41,470 nucleotides of DNA from a virus. Lineage: Duplodnaviria > Caudoviricetes. The stretch is from IMG/VR virus record IMGVR_UViG_3300048850_000153, positions 1 through 41,470 of that record; one strand, 5' to 3'. The notes under the pieces were generated by a model that did not search any database, was not told where the DNA came from, and worked only from the letters and a program-made list of their open reading frames with translations. The position numbers and the translations under genes are program-made. Positions 1 to 7,435 of this stretch are shown one piece after another. Each line of letters opens with the position of its first letter. Positions within the stretch are counted from its first letter, which is position 1.

Positions 1-1083
1 ATGGGCCTGGGCGCGCTCCATACTGTATCGCTGGCGCAGGCCCGCGAGAAGGCCAAGGCCTGCCGCGCCTCCCTCCTTGATGGCATCGATCCGCTTGAGG
101 CGCGCAACGCCGTGAAGCTGGAGGTGGCGCTCGAGCGCGCGAAAACCGTCACGTTCGACCATTGCGCCAAGGAGTATATCGCAGCGCACCGAAGCAGCTG
201 GAAAAGCGCAAAGCACGCCGCTCAGTGGGAGAGCACGATCGCCACCTATGCCAGCCCCCTGATCGGCGAGCTTCCGGTGGCCGCCGTCGACACACCGCTG
301 GTGGTGAAGGTGCTGCAGCCGATATGGCAGGAGAAGACGGAGACAGCAACCAGGCTGCGGAGCCGGATCGAGAACATTCTGGATTGGGCGACCGTCAGCA
401 AGTTCCGGACGGGCGAGAACCCTGCGCGCTGGCGCGGCCACCTGGAGAATTTGCTGGCCGACCCCAACAAGGTTGCGCGAGTGGCGCACCATGCCGCCCT
501 ACCTTGGCAAGAAATCGGCGCCTTCATGGTCGAACTGCGACAGCGCGGCGGCACGGCGGCGCGCGCAGTGGAGTTCGGCATATTGACGGCGGCGCGATCT
601 GGCGAGATCCGCGGCGCGCGGTGGGATGAGTTCGACCTGGATGCGGCGATATGGACGGTGCCAGCCGCGCGGATGAAGGCGAGCAAGGAGCATCGCGTGC
701 CACTGTCGAGCGCAGCATTGGCCCTGCTGAAGGAATTACCCCGCGTCGGCGATATCGTATTCCCCGGCCAGCGGCTGGACCGAGACCTGTCCGACATGAG
801 CTTGACGGCCGTGCTTCGCAGAATGGATCGCGGCGACATCACGATGCACGGATTCCGCTCGACCTTCCGCGACTGGTGCGCCGAGTCGGTCGGCAACTCG
901 TTCCCGCGCGAGGTCTGCGAGCACGCTCTGGCGCACAGCCTGCCGGATAAAGTCGAGGCCGCCTACCGCCGCGGCGACCTGATCGAGAAGCGCAAGGTTC
1001 TCATGCAGGTCTGGGCGGACTACTGCGCGGCACCGGCCGTCAGCGCATCGGTGGCGCCGCTTCGCCGCGATCAGGCCGCGTAA
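1..1083 (+). CDS. int: P4-like tyrosine integrase (5' end truncated by window edge)
   Basis: Catalytic residues R (ARSGE), K (MKASKEH), HGFR, H (LAHS), Y (AAYRRGD). The ORF begins at MGLG...VSLAQAR, which is normally internal to the arm-binding domain of P4-type integrases. Confidence 0.95.
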   Translation: MGLGALHTVSLAQAREKAKACRASLLDGIDPLEARNAVKLEVALERAKTVTFDHCAKEYIAAHRSSWKSAKHAAQWESTIATYASPLIGELPVAAVDTPLVVKVLQPIWQEKTETATRLRSRIENILDWATVSKFRTGENPARWRGHLENLLADPNKVARVAHHAALPWQEIGAFMVELRQRGGTAARAVEFGILTAARSGEIRGARWDEFDLDAAIWTVPAARMKASKEHRVPLSSAALALLKELPRVGDIVFPGQRLDRDLSDMSLTAVLRRMDRGDITMHGFRSTFRDWCAESVGNSFPREVCEHALAHSLPDKVEAAYRRGDLIEKRKVLMQVWADYCAAPAVSASVAPLRRDQAA

Positions 1084-1087
1084 CCGA

Positions 1088-1810
1088 TCAGTGGGGATTT
1101 CCCGTGGTGGCGAAGGCTGCCGCCACCTCCGGTTCGTGGACTGGAGCGCTGTGCGGCTGCGACTGCGGCTGAAGACGGTGCGCAGGGTTGATCTGCATCG
1201 GCAGAAAGAGCGGCTCGTCGCGCTGCGGCCCTCGCCTTTTCACGAACCCGACCTCCAGGCCGCCGGCGCGCGGGCGCAGCGCCAGGCGGAGCGGCGCCGG
1301 CGACGGATCCTGCGCTGAGGCGAGCATCCGGATCATGAAGAACAGCGTCTCGCCCTCCTGGGCCGCCAGCGTCAGGCGCCGCTGGCTTTCAGCGCGGATC
1401 TGGTGCTGCCAGAACAGCAGCGCGCCGCAGCTCCCGCTACGCAGCACCTGCTCGGCGGCCCACAGAGCATCGGCCGTGCGGTCGGCGCGCAGCCACAGCG
1501 CCGACTCGGGCGGGATGTCCATCGCGGCCAGGGCCAGCGCCTGGGGCGGGTGCGGCGGCTGCAGGAAAGCGATCTGGCGCTTAGCCACCTTGGACAGCGC
1601 CGGCGCCAGCAGGCGCAGCTCACCAACCCCGGGCTGCTGCGTGTGCAGGTCCGTCATCGATCCAGTTGGCCATCCGCCGCCGGGCAACTGGTTGTCGAGC
1701 GCCGGGTGGCCGGTGCTGATACAGCGCGTGTGGTTGCGCGCCAGCTGCGAAGCACGCCAGAGGGACGGGTGCAGGTCTTCGGGGTTGATGATCACGGCTG
1801 ACGCGGACAT
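1088..1810 (-). CDS. imuA: ImuA, RecA-like translesion-synthesis accessory protein
   Basis: LWRASQL, STGHPALDNQLPGGGWP, GVGELRLLAPAL, ALWAAEQVLRSG, RRLTLAAQ, SPAPLRL and KRRGP motifs. Start reassigned to ATG at 1810, downstream of the SOS box. Confidence 0.92.
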   Translation of the reverse strand: MSASAVIINPEDLHPSLWRASQLARNHTRCISTGHPALDNQLPGGGWPTGSMTDLHTQQPGVGELRLLAPALSKVAKRQIAFLQPPHPPQALALAAMDIPPESALWLRADRTADALWAAEQVLRSGSCGALLFWQHQIRAESQRRLTLAAQEGETLFFMIRMLASAQDPSPAPLRLALRPRAGGLEVGFVKRRGPQRDEPLFLPMQINPAHRLQPQSQPHSAPVHEPEVAAAFATTGNPH

Positions 1811-1826
1811 GGTTGACTCACTGAAA

Positions 1827-1846
1827 TACTGTACGTTTATACAGTA
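1827..1846 (-). promoter_or_regulatory. LexA (SOS) box overlapping the imuA extended -10 promoter
   Basis: TACTGTACGTTTATACAGTA matches CTGT-N8-ACAG (1829..1844). On the minus strand TGcTATACT gives a -10 at 1848..1843. Confidence 0.92.
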
Positions 1847-1957
1847 TAGCACCAGTGTCAGGATGACCACTGTTGCGCCGAAGCTGCGCCAAGATGCTGG
1901 GCGCATAGCTTTCAGCTGAAATGTAATTACAGCATCCGACTCTGCGATACTTGCCGC

Positions 1958-2194
1958 ATGGATCAACGAACTGACCGTCTCACGGCCGTGCAGGTCGACT
2001 TGGCCGTCAACATCGCAGCCGCGTTTGGCCTCGCTGCTGGCGTCGTCTCACTCCACCAAAGCGGCGCGCCGCTTACAGTAATTCAGCGCGTGCTGATCCA
2101 AGGCGGCCCGCGGCGGGGCTCTACTTCGGCCATGCCTGAACCGTCTTCGCGTGACGAGCAGCACATTCCGCATACTGGCGCAGCAGCTCGATAG
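1958..2194 (+). CDS. Small hypothetical protein, divergent from imuA
   Basis: 78-aa ORF filling the gap between imuA and the next moron. No recognised domain. Confidence 0.6.
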   Translation: MDQRTDRLTAVQVDLAVNIAAAFGLAAGVVSLHQSGAPLTVIQRVLIQGGPRRGSTSAMPEPSSRDEQHIPHTGAAAR

Positions 2195-2282
2195 AGTAGG
2201 CCTGCCAAGCGAATTCATTAAACGGGGTCTTGAACTTAGAATAAGTATGGATCAAGGTCATTGTTGCTAACTAAACCGATCG

Positions 2283-3023
2283 CTAGCGTTCCTTCTCGCG
2301 AAATCCGAATGAAACTCGAAAATTATTCTCAGGCATAAGCGGTGGAAGACCCTTAAACTCTGGAGTCATCGGCTTTACTATTTTTGTGTGTTCAGCCGGG
2401 AGGTCAAACGATAGCGGATTCCCTTCCAGAAGTTCCCGGGTCTTACTCTGCTCACTAGTGTGAGAAAGTACGATCCATGCAGGATAGCCGTTCGAGAGGT
2501 CAAGTGTTCTTGGGGGAACTGACCGGCTCGCTCTTGGAAGAGGGACAATGCGAGTTCCCGACCAGTAAAATACATTCAAAAATCCGTGACTGGATTTCGC
2601 GTGACCATAATGCAAGGCATTAATAAATCCATCATCATCGTACTCAGTAATATCACTAAGTATTCCAGGGCGATGAACAAGCAGATTTAAGTTTTCGAGC
2701 GATGAAAAGTTGCTGTACTTCTGAACGCTTTTCCACTTTCTCTCAATTGCCGCTTTAATCCACATATCAGGCTCGATCGGAATTACAATTTTCCCGAGAG
2801 CAATCCCATCGCGGTAAAGTTTCTTGAAAAAAGTCTTTATCGTATGGTGAACATCGGACGGCAGCAGGCTCGTTATCTCAACTGCCACGTTGTGCCCGTC
2901 CGCGATAAAGGTGAGATCAGGACGATCTCCGAAATTTTCATTCTCGATCGCGTGTTGGGTGGCGAATGCAGCCAGCAAGGCCTGGCCAGAGCGCTTCTCA
3001 AGTATCGTCGGTTCGCTGCGCAT
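2283..3023 (-). CDS. AT-rich accessory (moron) protein with PD-(D/E)XK nuclease-like motif
   Basis: Clearly lower GC than flanks. GDRPDLTF...VAVEIT motif, G-rich RBS and its own promoter. Confidence 0.7.
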   Translation of the reverse strand: MRSEPTILEKRSGQALLAAFATQHAIENENFGDRPDLTFIADGHNVAVEITSLLPSDVHHTIKTFFKKLYRDGIALGKIVIPIEPDMWIKAAIERKWKSVQKYSNFSSLENLNLLVHRPGILSDITEYDDDGFINALHYGHAKSSHGFLNVFYWSGTRIVPLPRASRSVPPRTLDLSNGYPAWIVLSHTSEQSKTRELLEGNPLSFDLPAEHTKIVKPMTPEFKGLPPLMPENNFRVSFGFREKER

Positions 3024-3052
3024 AATTCCCCCGTATTTCTATTGATGAGGGG

Positions 3053-3080
3053 AGTTTAGCAGTGCTCAGCAAGCCGGCAA
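3053..3080 (-). promoter_or_regulatory. Sigma70-type promoter of the 2283..3023 moron
   Basis: Minus strand TTGCCG-16 nt-TAAACT with an extended -10 TG. Confidence 0.6.
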
Positions 3081-3103
3081 TACTGACACACTAGCGGTGC
3101 GCC

Positions 3104-3571
3104 CTACTTCGGCCAGGCCTGCTCCAGGGTCAGCGCGTCGCTGGCGTGTCGATCAGCCTTTTCTGCCAGCTCTCGATATTCGCTCTGGCAGTTTTGGAGT
3201 ACGGCTGCAAGGGTTGTGGTTGAGTGACGGAGGGCTTCGACGGAAGCGTCGGGCACGCCGCGGCCGATGGCGGCAAGGGTGTCGCGCAGGCTGAGAGAAG
3301 CGCTGGCAGAGCCAGCAGCCAGAGCGCGGATGGTTTGATCGCGGGAGTTTGCATTTTCGAGAGCTTGGTTTCGTTGAGCGGTCCAGTCCTGCTCGCGCAG
3401 GCGGGCGAGATCTTTGGCAGCGGCCAGCTGGGCGTCGCGCGCGGCGATGTCTGCCCGGTGCGCAGCGTCGAGCCGCCAGCCATTGGCGACCCAGCCGGCG
3501 CCGCCGGCGAGCGCCATGGCAAGCAACACAGCCACGCCGGCAATCAGCATGCGGAGTTGGGTTGGTGTCAT
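3104..3571 (-). CDS. Rz: Rz-like inner-membrane spanin
   Basis: N-terminal TM helix, Ala-rich coiled coil, ends in AWP, directly follows the endolysin. Confidence 0.85.
   Translation of the reverse strand: MTPTQLRMLIAGVAVLLAMALAGGAGWVANGWRLDAAHRADIAARDAQLAAAKDLARLREQDWTAQRNQALENANSRDQTIRALAAGSASASLSLRDTLAAIGRGVPDASVEALRHSTTTLAAVLQNCQSEYRELAEKADRHASDALTLEQAWPK
3130..3354 (-). CDS. Rz1: Rz1-like outer-membrane lipoprotein spanin nested in Rz
   Basis: MQTPAIKPSALWLLALPALLSAC signal peptide with LSAC lipobox, then a Pro-rich mature part, in a shifted frame inside Rz. Confidence 0.85.
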   Translation of the reverse strand: MQTPAIKPSALWLLALPALLSACATPLPPSAAACPTLPSKPSVTQPQPLQPYSKTARANIESWQKRLIDTPATR

Positions 3572-4044
3572 GCGAGCACCCCGCCCTTCCGCTGGTACAC
3601 CGCCGCCAGGTCGGCCAGCTTATGCTCGCGCTGGCCGTAGCCGGCACCCGGCAGGCTGGCCCAGATGTTCTTGACCAGCGCCACCGCCTTGACGAAGTTG
3701 CCCGCCTCGATCGCCGGCAGCGCGCCACGCTCGCGGATCTGGCGCAAGGCAATCTTGTCCTGCACCTCGGGCCCGAAGCCCGTCGTCTTCAACTCCCTGC
3801 TGTAGTGGTCGAAGTAGCGGGCCAGCAGCTGGTAGCGTCCGGCGGCCGTCGACTTGATCTTCAGCTTCGGCAGCGGCACCAGCTTGCGCGGGTGATCGGC
3901 GTAGGAGTCAAACAGCGCGCCGCCGACGACGACGTCATAGCCGCGGTCCTTCGTCGGCTGCCGGCCGTTATCCGTGCCCTCGCTGAAGGCGATCATGTCG
4001 AGGAACGCCGCGACGTTGGGATGGAGTCCGTTGAGCGCTGCCAT
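3568..4044 (-). CDS. Endolysin, lambda R-like lytic transglycosylase
   Basis: AFLDMIAFSEGT, GYDVVVGG, YADHP, STAAGRYQLL and IWASLPGAGYGQREH motifs. Start at ATG 4044. Confidence 0.95.
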   Translation of the reverse strand: MAALNGLHPNVAAFLDMIAFSEGTDNGRQPTKDRGYDVVVGGALFDSYADHPRKLVPLPKLKIKSTAAGRYQLLARYFDHYSRELKTTGFGPEVQDKIALRQIRERGALPAIEAGNFVKAVALVKNIWASLPGAGYGQREHKLADLAAVYQRKGGVLA

Positions 4045-4046
4045 GA

Positions 4047-4445
4047 TCAGCGCCCCAGGTCGCGGACGTCGCCCACCACGTCGACGAGCGTCGCATTGCG
4101 CTTCGCCTCGATGTAGTTGAACAGCCAGCGCACGATGGCCCAGCCCGGCAGCCCGCAGGCGAACACCAGGCCCAACATCGCGACCAGCCCGACCGGTTTG
4201 TGCGCCCAGGCTTCCAGGCCATAGTGCTGGATCACACAAGCACCGCCGCCAATCGAGAACACGATGGTCGAGATCAGGCCGACGGCCCACTCCTTCGGGC
4301 TGCGAGGCGTCATCATGCACATGACCACCACCGACGCCAGGCCGGCGCCGATCGCGCCCATGCCGGCCATGCCGCCCAGCAGCTTCCAGCCGAAGGCGCC
4401 GGCGGCGGCGCCGGAAATTGGTTCACTCATTTGGGATACTTTCAT
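4047..4445 (-). CDS. Holin (about 3 TM segments), possible dual start at 4445/4430
   Basis: Hydrophobic segments and charged C-terminus, immediately upstream of the endolysin. N-terminus MKVSQMSEP. Confidence 0.75.
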   Translation of the reverse strand: MKVSQMSEPISGAAAGAFGWKLLGGMAGMGAIGAGLASVVVMCMMTPRSPKEWAVGLISTIVFSIGGGACVIQHYGLEAWAHKPVGLVAMLGLVFACGLPGWAIVRWLFNYIEAKRNATLVDVVGDVRDLGR

Positions 4446-4903
4446 GGCGTTGGTGCAGCAGAAAAAACAAAACCCGCCGAAGCGGGTTGGAGAAGAGTGA
4501 GCGCGCTGGCCAGCGTGCCGGGCGAGTATCGCCAGGGGTCCGGAATGCCGAGCGCGGCGGCCACCGCCTCGGAGCAGAACCAGCGGCCCTGGGTGTGCGG
4601 AATCGGCGCGAGCACGAATTGCAGGTTGCCCAGCAGGTCGTACTTCGCGCCGCGGTGAGCGCGGAACCAGGCCTCGGCGCCCTGCTCCAGCTCGGGCGGT
4701 AGGTCGATCAGGATCCAGTTCTTCGGGTCGAAGTCGATCGGCTTGTTTCGCACGCCGCCGTCGGCGAAGCTCGCCGACCAGGCGGAGCCGGTCGAGAGCA
4801 CCAACTCCACGTGCGAGAACTCGCTTCGCGTCCACCACCGCACCAAGCGGTTGTAGATGCCGGCCAGGCCCGGGCGCGTGCCCTTGTAGAACGCTGCTTT
4901 CAT
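4442..4903 (-). CDS. Permuted papain-like (NlpC/P60, YiiX/YebB-like) protein
   Basis: SHVEL (His) precedes YDLLG and WFCSE (Cys), the circularly permuted catalytic order. Confidence 0.75.
   Translation of the reverse strand: MKAAFYKGTRPGLAGIYNRLVRWWTRSEFSHVELVLSTGSAWSASFADGGVRNKPIDFDPKNWILIDLPPELEQGAEAWFRAHRGAKYDLLGNLQFVLAPIPHTQGRWFCSEAVAAALGIPDPWRYSPGTLASALTLLQPASAGFVFSAAPTP
4462..4488 (-). terminator. Intrinsic terminator-like hairpin upstream of the holin
   Basis: AACCCGC-TTCG-GCGGGTT followed by TTGTTTTTT. Confidence 0.7.
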
Positions 4904-4924
4904 CAGGATTCCTTTCGGCGGTGA

Positions 4925-5317
4925 TCAAGCGAAGTAGCGCTCGTGCGCTTGGATCTCGTCGTCGAGGATCGCCAGCGCGCGGCCTGGGGCGTCGAGCAGG
5001 CCCATGGTCTCGAAGGCCTGAACGTCCTCGCGCGTGTCGGCGCGGTCGACGTCCACATACGTGGCGGCGGCGAGGTCGGCCTGGCCAATGCGGACGACGG
5101 CGGCGCGCTCCCGCCGCGCCAGGTCTGCAGCCGGATCGTCGATCGCGGCCAATTCGATACGAACCTTCTCCGATTTGGTGAAGCGATTGCGGAACGCGAG
5201 AATGGTCATGTGCCTCGCAGACGTCGGCGCCGGCTCGTTTTCCCGCGCTTCGATCTCGAGAATTTCTTCGGGGGTGGCGGCGCGGACAACGCCGTCCGCC
5301 AATACTTGATGGGTCAT
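4925..5317 (-). CDS. Putative tail-fibre-associated or assembly protein
   Basis: Directly follows the fibre gene. GGGAG RBS before ATG 5317. AFRNRFT...E motif seen in proteins at this position. Confidence 0.55.
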   Translation of the reverse strand: MTHQVLADGVVRAATPEEILEIEARENEPAPTSARHMTILAFRNRFTKSEKVRIELAAIDDPAADLARRERAAVVRIGQADLAAATYVDVDRADTREDVQAFETMGLLDAPGRALAILDDEIQAHERYFA

Positions 5318-5327
5318 GCTGCTCCCT

Positions 5328-6395
5328 TTAAATGAAGTTCTTGACGCCGTAGACCCGAACGGTGCCGGCGGTAATATTCGCGGCCGGCCCACCCATGTAG
5401 AGGCGGAACCCGCTTGCAGGATTGGCGCCGCGATACACGCCCTCCCCGCATACAACACAATCCCCCAAAGGCGAAACCGTCAAAACTTGGGTGCCCCGCC
5501 AGCCAATGGATTTGGCCCCGCTTCCGTTGGCATTCCGTACCTCGACCGTCAGCGTGTAGGCATTGCCTTGGGCGTAACACAGAGGTATTTGGGATATGTT
5601 CGAGCCGGTGCTCATCTGCCCGTTGTCCCATTTGTAACGGTATTGAGCCCCGCTATCCGCTACTCCTCCAACCGCAAGATGCATTTGCAGTTGCGAACCT
5701 ACAGATGGCGTGATGTTTTGTAGCTCAATGATGTACTTGTCATACGCTGCGCTGAAAATGTTCAGAAAGTCGATCTGCGCCACCGCCGAACTCACCGTCA
5801 CCGACGAAAGCAACTGCAGCGCGCCGACCGCATCCTCGCCCTTGTCGCCGCTGCGCTGGAAGAACAGCATCAGCGGATCGCCGTTGGCGAACGGGCTTGC
5901 CGAACTGCTGTCGGTACAGACCACTGTGAAATTGCGGTATCCGGATGGCGCCGCGCGGGCGGTCATGTTGAACGTCATCCACTTCGAAGGATCGCCCTGC
6001 TTCACCAGGCGGAACGCACCCTTGACCGTGCTCGACGATGCCGAAAAGCTGTCGAGGAGCGTCGTGAAGTCCTGGCCGCCGGCCGTGACGTCGACCCGCA
6101 TCACGGTCGCGGCATTCTGCGTCGCACTCGAGAGTCGGAGCTTGCCGGCGCCCGGATCAGCGTCGGCGGTCGCCGTATCGAAGATGTACGGCAGCGCGTA
6201 TGCACCGCCGGCGGCATACGAGTCGACCCTCCCGGCCAGGGCTTCGATGTTGGCGACGGCTTCGCCGACGAATGTATTCACTTGTCCAGGCAAGGCGCGC
6301 TGGGCCAGAACGAAAGCAGCGGCTTTGGCACTGAACTCGGTGGGCGAGTCGGTTGCCGGGTCCGGTGCATCTGGAAGTTCGTCGATCGGGGTCAT
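5328..6395 (-). CDS. Putative tail fibre / receptor-binding protein
   Basis: Last large tail gene. N-terminal LPDAPDP anchor and a beta-rich, lower-GC C-terminal domain. Confidence 0.65.
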   Translation of the reverse strand: MTPIDELPDAPDPATDSPTEFSAKAAAFVLAQRALPGQVNTFVGEAVANIEALAGRVDSYAAGGAYALPYIFDTATADADPGAGKLRLSSATQNAATVMRVDVTAGGQDFTTLLDSFSASSSTVKGAFRLVKQGDPSKWMTFNMTARAAPSGYRNFTVVCTDSSSASPFANGDPLMLFFQRSGDKGEDAVGALQLLSSVTVSSAVAQIDFLNIFSAAYDKYIIELQNITPSVGSQLQMHLAVGGVADSGAQYRYKWDNGQMSTGSNISQIPLCYAQGNAYTLTVEVRNANGSGAKSIGWRGTQVLTVSPLGDCVVCGEGVYRGANPASGFRLYMGGPAANITAGTVRVYGVKNFI

Positions 6396-7435
6396 ACGAG
6401 TCCTTTAAATTCAATAGAAGCGGTTCTTCCGCTGCCGCTACGCGGGACGTTCCACTGGCCCAGGAATCCATACCCGATGCCCATGGAATACTTGTCGCCG
6501 GCGATGATGGCGATCTCGGTGTCGGTGTAGGCCGAGAAGAGGCGGAACGCCTCGTCTTCGAAGCCGGCCGGGATGAGCACGTCGAGGTTCAGGCGCTTGG
6601 CGTTGTTCCGCTTCACCATCGTCACGTTGCCGAAGGTGTCGGTAGTCGAGGTGGAGTAACTCAGCACCCCGCCGCTCATACTGGCGAGCACCTTGCCGAC
6701 CACCCTGTACTTTCCGATGAGGCAGCATCCCATCTTCGCGTCGGCGGCGCCGTTGTCGACGGTCACCGTGAGCGAGGACGTCGGGTAAGGCGGAATATCC
6801 TCGAACACGACGTCGCCCGAGCGGATCGGCTCCTCATAGAAGAAGTCGTACCAGCTGAGGACGTCGTGCCGCACCAGACTCTTGGTCGTGCTGTACCCGC
6901 TCTCCGACTGCGTGACCGTCACCGACGCGCCAGCCACGTTCAGCAGCATGAGCGTGTTGATCAGCTGGCCCGGTGACAGTGTAAAAGTAAGCGCCCCCGA
7001 TCCCACGGTCTGGCTGTTCACCGCCTTGTCGAACGCCTTCCAGCGGTTCGTCGCGCCGAGCGGGAGCCATTTCGACTTATCGCTTAGCGCCTGGCCGACA
7101 TTGCCCGCGACCAGCGACTGATAGAGCTGATGGCCGGCCAGGTCGGTGACGGTGTCGTCCTTCGCATATGTGACGTTTGCCGCGTACGTCGCATACACCG
7201 TGCCGAGCACCTTCCACCAGGCTGGCGAGGACGCCGGCGCGTTGCCGGTGTTCGCCGCCTGGAGGGATTCGTAGACGATCTGGGAGGTGCCAGTCGACAC
7301 CCCCCTCACGTCACCGGCTCCGTACGTCGTGGCCGCGGCGTACTCGGCCATCTTCTCCTCCGGCACGCTGGAGGAGATGAGTTTTGCCGCGGTGATCGGG
7401 ATCAGCCTGACCAGCCGGAAGTCAGACGAATTCAT
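6392..7435 (-). CDS. Minor tail protein (Dit-position) with two carbohydrate-binding-like repeats
   Basis: Immediately after the tape measure gene. Repeats YAAATTY..GD...YESL..N.G.P...WW and YAANVTY..DD...YQSL..N.G....W. Confidence 0.65.
   Translation of the reverse strand: MNSSDFRLVRLIPITAAKLISSSVPEEKMAEYAAATTYGAGDVRGVSTGTSQIVYESLQAANTGNAPASSPAWWKVLGTVYATYAANVTYAKDDTVTDLAGHQLYQSLVAGNVGQALSDKSKWLPLGATNRWKAFDKAVNSQTVGSGALTFTLSPGQLINTLMLLNVAGASVTVTQSESGYSTTKSLVRHDVLSWYDFFYEEPIRSGDVVFEDIPPYPTSSLTVTVDNGAADAKMGCCLIGKYRVVGKVLASMSGGVLSYSTSTTDTFGNVTMVKRNNAKRLNLDVLIPAGFEDEAFRLFSAYTDTEIAIIAGDKYSMGIGYGFLGQWNVPRSGSGRTASIEFKGLV

Noticed and set aside
1916-1932. Second SOS-like site CTGAAATGTAATTACAG
   Set aside because: The spacer is 11 nt rather than 10, so it does not fit the LexA box geometry.
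1811-1966. N-terminal extension of imuA given in the ORF track
   Set aside because: It runs through the SOS box and promoter. Family similarity starts at Met 1810.
5328-6395. Diversity-generating retroelement or invertible tail-fibre cassette
   Set aside because: No reverse transcriptase, invertase or second copy of the fibre 3' end was seen.
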